Assembly: GCF_000143415.4 (NCBI RefSeq)
Contig: NW_003314269.1
Span: 2,053,544-2,117,543 of the forward strand
DNA from: Selaginella moellendorffii
Taxonomy: Eukaryota; Plantae; Lycopodiophyta
DNA length: 64,000 nucleotides
Reading direction: 5' to 3'
The notes beneath the pieces are model-generated. The model was not told the origin of the DNA, ran no database searches, and was given only the letters and a program-made list of their open reading frames with translations. This document shows, in pieces, positions 61,661 to 64,000 of this stretch; position 1 is the first letter of the stretch, and every line of letters starts with the position of its first letter. The translations under genes were made by a program, and so were the position numbers.

Positions 61661-63109
61661 GATCCCCCCCCCCCCCCCCCCACAACCACATTAGTGTCTA
61701 TATATTTTGCCTCATTTTACAATACAAGATCAATATTGGTTGTTACAACAAGTTGATATTTATATTAGATGCACCTTTGCACCTTGGTCTTGTGAAGGTT
61801 TGACATGTTGTGGCTGAGCAAAGATGACTCATAATCATTTGAAATTAAAAACTAATGCATTACTATCAAAGGAGGCCAAACACTTTTTTATGGTAAGGAA
61901 TTACTTTTATGTATACTTGTTATGAGTAATGTGTATGAATATCTGACAGGTGTATGCCTATGAAAAAGGTAAACTTCACAAGAAATAGAGTATCTACTAC
62001 TTAATTGAATCAAGTCAAGTTATAGTCCACACTTATTTTGGAGCAAATGACATCATGAGGTATATCAGTCTCTTATGTTTTTTGACTTATTGGATCACAT
62101 CAAATGATTGTAATGACAACGGTAAATGTATAGTTATCATTTGGTTGCAAAAAAAAAAAAACTTTTTGATCATAGGTTATATTGATAGAAGCAATAGCAA
62201 TTGTAAACACATCTAAGTATATTTCTCCATGGTTTGGCTCAATACATTTTTTATAGCCATTTTCATCATTCTTTTTTTCTTGAGTTATTTCAAGTAATGC
62301 TCTAGATAATAGGCAACAGTTTTGGGATGGCAATGCTTGCTTATTAGTTTTGCTATAAAGGGTTATCAATAATGAGTTAAGTTTCTTTTGGTTCCAAAAA
62401 CTATAGGGTAAATAAATAATGAGAGAATTTTTGAAATGAACAAGGAATAAACTCAGAGAACTTTTGAAATGAACAAAGGCTAATTTCCTAACCTTTAAGG
62501 TCTTCTAGCTTTAAATCCCACATGCCAAAGTATATTCTTAGAATTCTCTTGTGGTTCATATCATTCTCCCCTCCTTCATAAATTAGCCACGAATTGCAAG
62601 ATCGAGAAGCTAAACAAGACTTATATGAAAGGAGTCTAAGGCAATATGGCCATGGAGAAAATATATGTAAACGACAACACCAACATTGCAATAAACAGCC
62701 ACGACAAAAAGAAAGCAATACAACTTTCTTGCATGAGAAACAAAAAAATGAAAGTAAAACAAACAACTCAATCATATAGCAATATAACTATAAACTTTAA
62801 TTCTCCTCTTCCTCAACAATGTCATCCAAGTCTTTACAAAAACTTGGAAACACTCTTCACGTCATTCTTGGTTTCTCATGTAGTTTTATCCATAAATAGC
62901 CATTCCACTAAACCAACAATTTTTGAGTTGTCTTATAACATGACTTCACCAACCTTTAAGCAAAAATATTTGTTGGACTAGCCTTTTCAATATTGATATC
63001 TAGGACCTAGATGATAGATTGATCCATGACATCTGCTCATATAAAATATTGGATGAATATTTGAACTAACTAGCAAGTCTAAAGTGTATGTAAAATCCCT
63101 TTGTAATCA

Positions 63110-63710
63110 ACTAATTTTTTCATTCTACTTTAGTCACTTAACTGTACTTTTGACCACTTGAAAAAGTCTATCTCACAACCTTGATAAATTTTATTCCCAA
63201 TTTGGGGACTTATTAGCCCCATAATGCCACTTTGCCTTTGCACTTGGTATAAATGCTCCACATGTTTAATCCTACTATAAACACCCAAAGGTACCATTGA
63301 TATATCAGCCAATTACTCTAAGGCTATATCTATTCACTTTTGTCTCATTGGTAATCCAAGACCATCCATACCATAGTCCTGTCTCTTCAAGACTAGACCA
63401 TCATGTCAATGACTAAATTTTCCATTCTTCTTTAGTCACTTAATTACACCTTTAACCACTTGGAGGAGTCTCACTCATAATCTCCATAAGTTATATTCCC
63501 AATTTGGGGATATGCTAGCCCCGTGAATGGCATCTATGCCACTCAGCTTTTGCACTTGATCCAAGTGCTCCACATGTCCAATCCCATGACAGACACCCCA
63601 AAAGTACCATCGACATATCAACTTGTTACAGTAAAGCCATGTCCACTTACCCTTGCCTCATTGGTAGTCCTAGATCACCTGTGCCATAGTCCCATCTTTT
63701 AGAGACTAAG
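63110..63710. repeat. Old degenerate tandem duplication with a ~300-bp unit
   Basis: cattctactttagtcacttaa...aattcccaatttgggga...tgctccacatgt...gtacca recurs at ~63121 and ~63423. Confidence 0.7.
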
Positions 63711-64000
63711 TCATTTGTTCATGAGTGGTCCTCCTAAGATCACACCTTAGCATCCTTAGGGTACATGAAGATATAGAGAATAGCCTTTCCCAATATCTCT
63801 TCTTTAGTCCCCACCAAGTTTTTCTCCATTCATGGCCATGTTCACCAACATTGCCACAGGGTTAAGGCCCAAAGGCCCAACCACTAAATCCCATTGACCT
63901 CTGTGACTTCCTTGCCATTTAATTGTATCTTTCATCACTACCCAAAAGAATTGTTCACCTTCCTTTCCACAGTCTGGGGCTTTGGGATGACATTTTGAAA

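Overview
Eukaryotic plant DNA, most likely the lycophyte Selaginella (inferred from ~50-60 nt introns, very short intergenic gaps and gene content). Left part (1-8.2 kb): 5' part of a BRUTUS-like hemerythrin/zinc-finger E3 ligase (-), a TraB-family gene (+) and a class II diterpene synthase (-). Middle (8.4-29.7 kb): a stack of decayed transposons, comprising gypsy remnants, a Merlin/IS1595-like DNA transposon split by a gypsy element that itself hosts a LARD-like element and a 5S-rRNA-bearing Cassandra-like TRIM, and a copia remnant. At 29.7-37 kb: an XPG/BRUTUS chimeric pseudogene junction, then a second TraB + diterpene synthase pair. At 39-58.7 kb: a compact gene block (ATL RING-H2, SMYD-type SET, EMC4, CER3, ClpP3, UVH3/XPG, an unknown gene, three tRNA-Phe pseudogenes, a CPYC glutaredoxin, a kinase-less CRINKLY4-like protein), followed by AT-rich repeats. 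Main observation: a large tandem duplication decayed so that only the diterpene synthase looks intact in both copies. The right copy keeps the ent-CPS catalytic dyad motifs (LHS + PNV). The left copy lost its native upstream region and has both motifs replaced (LYS + PGG), which predicts a different diterpene product.
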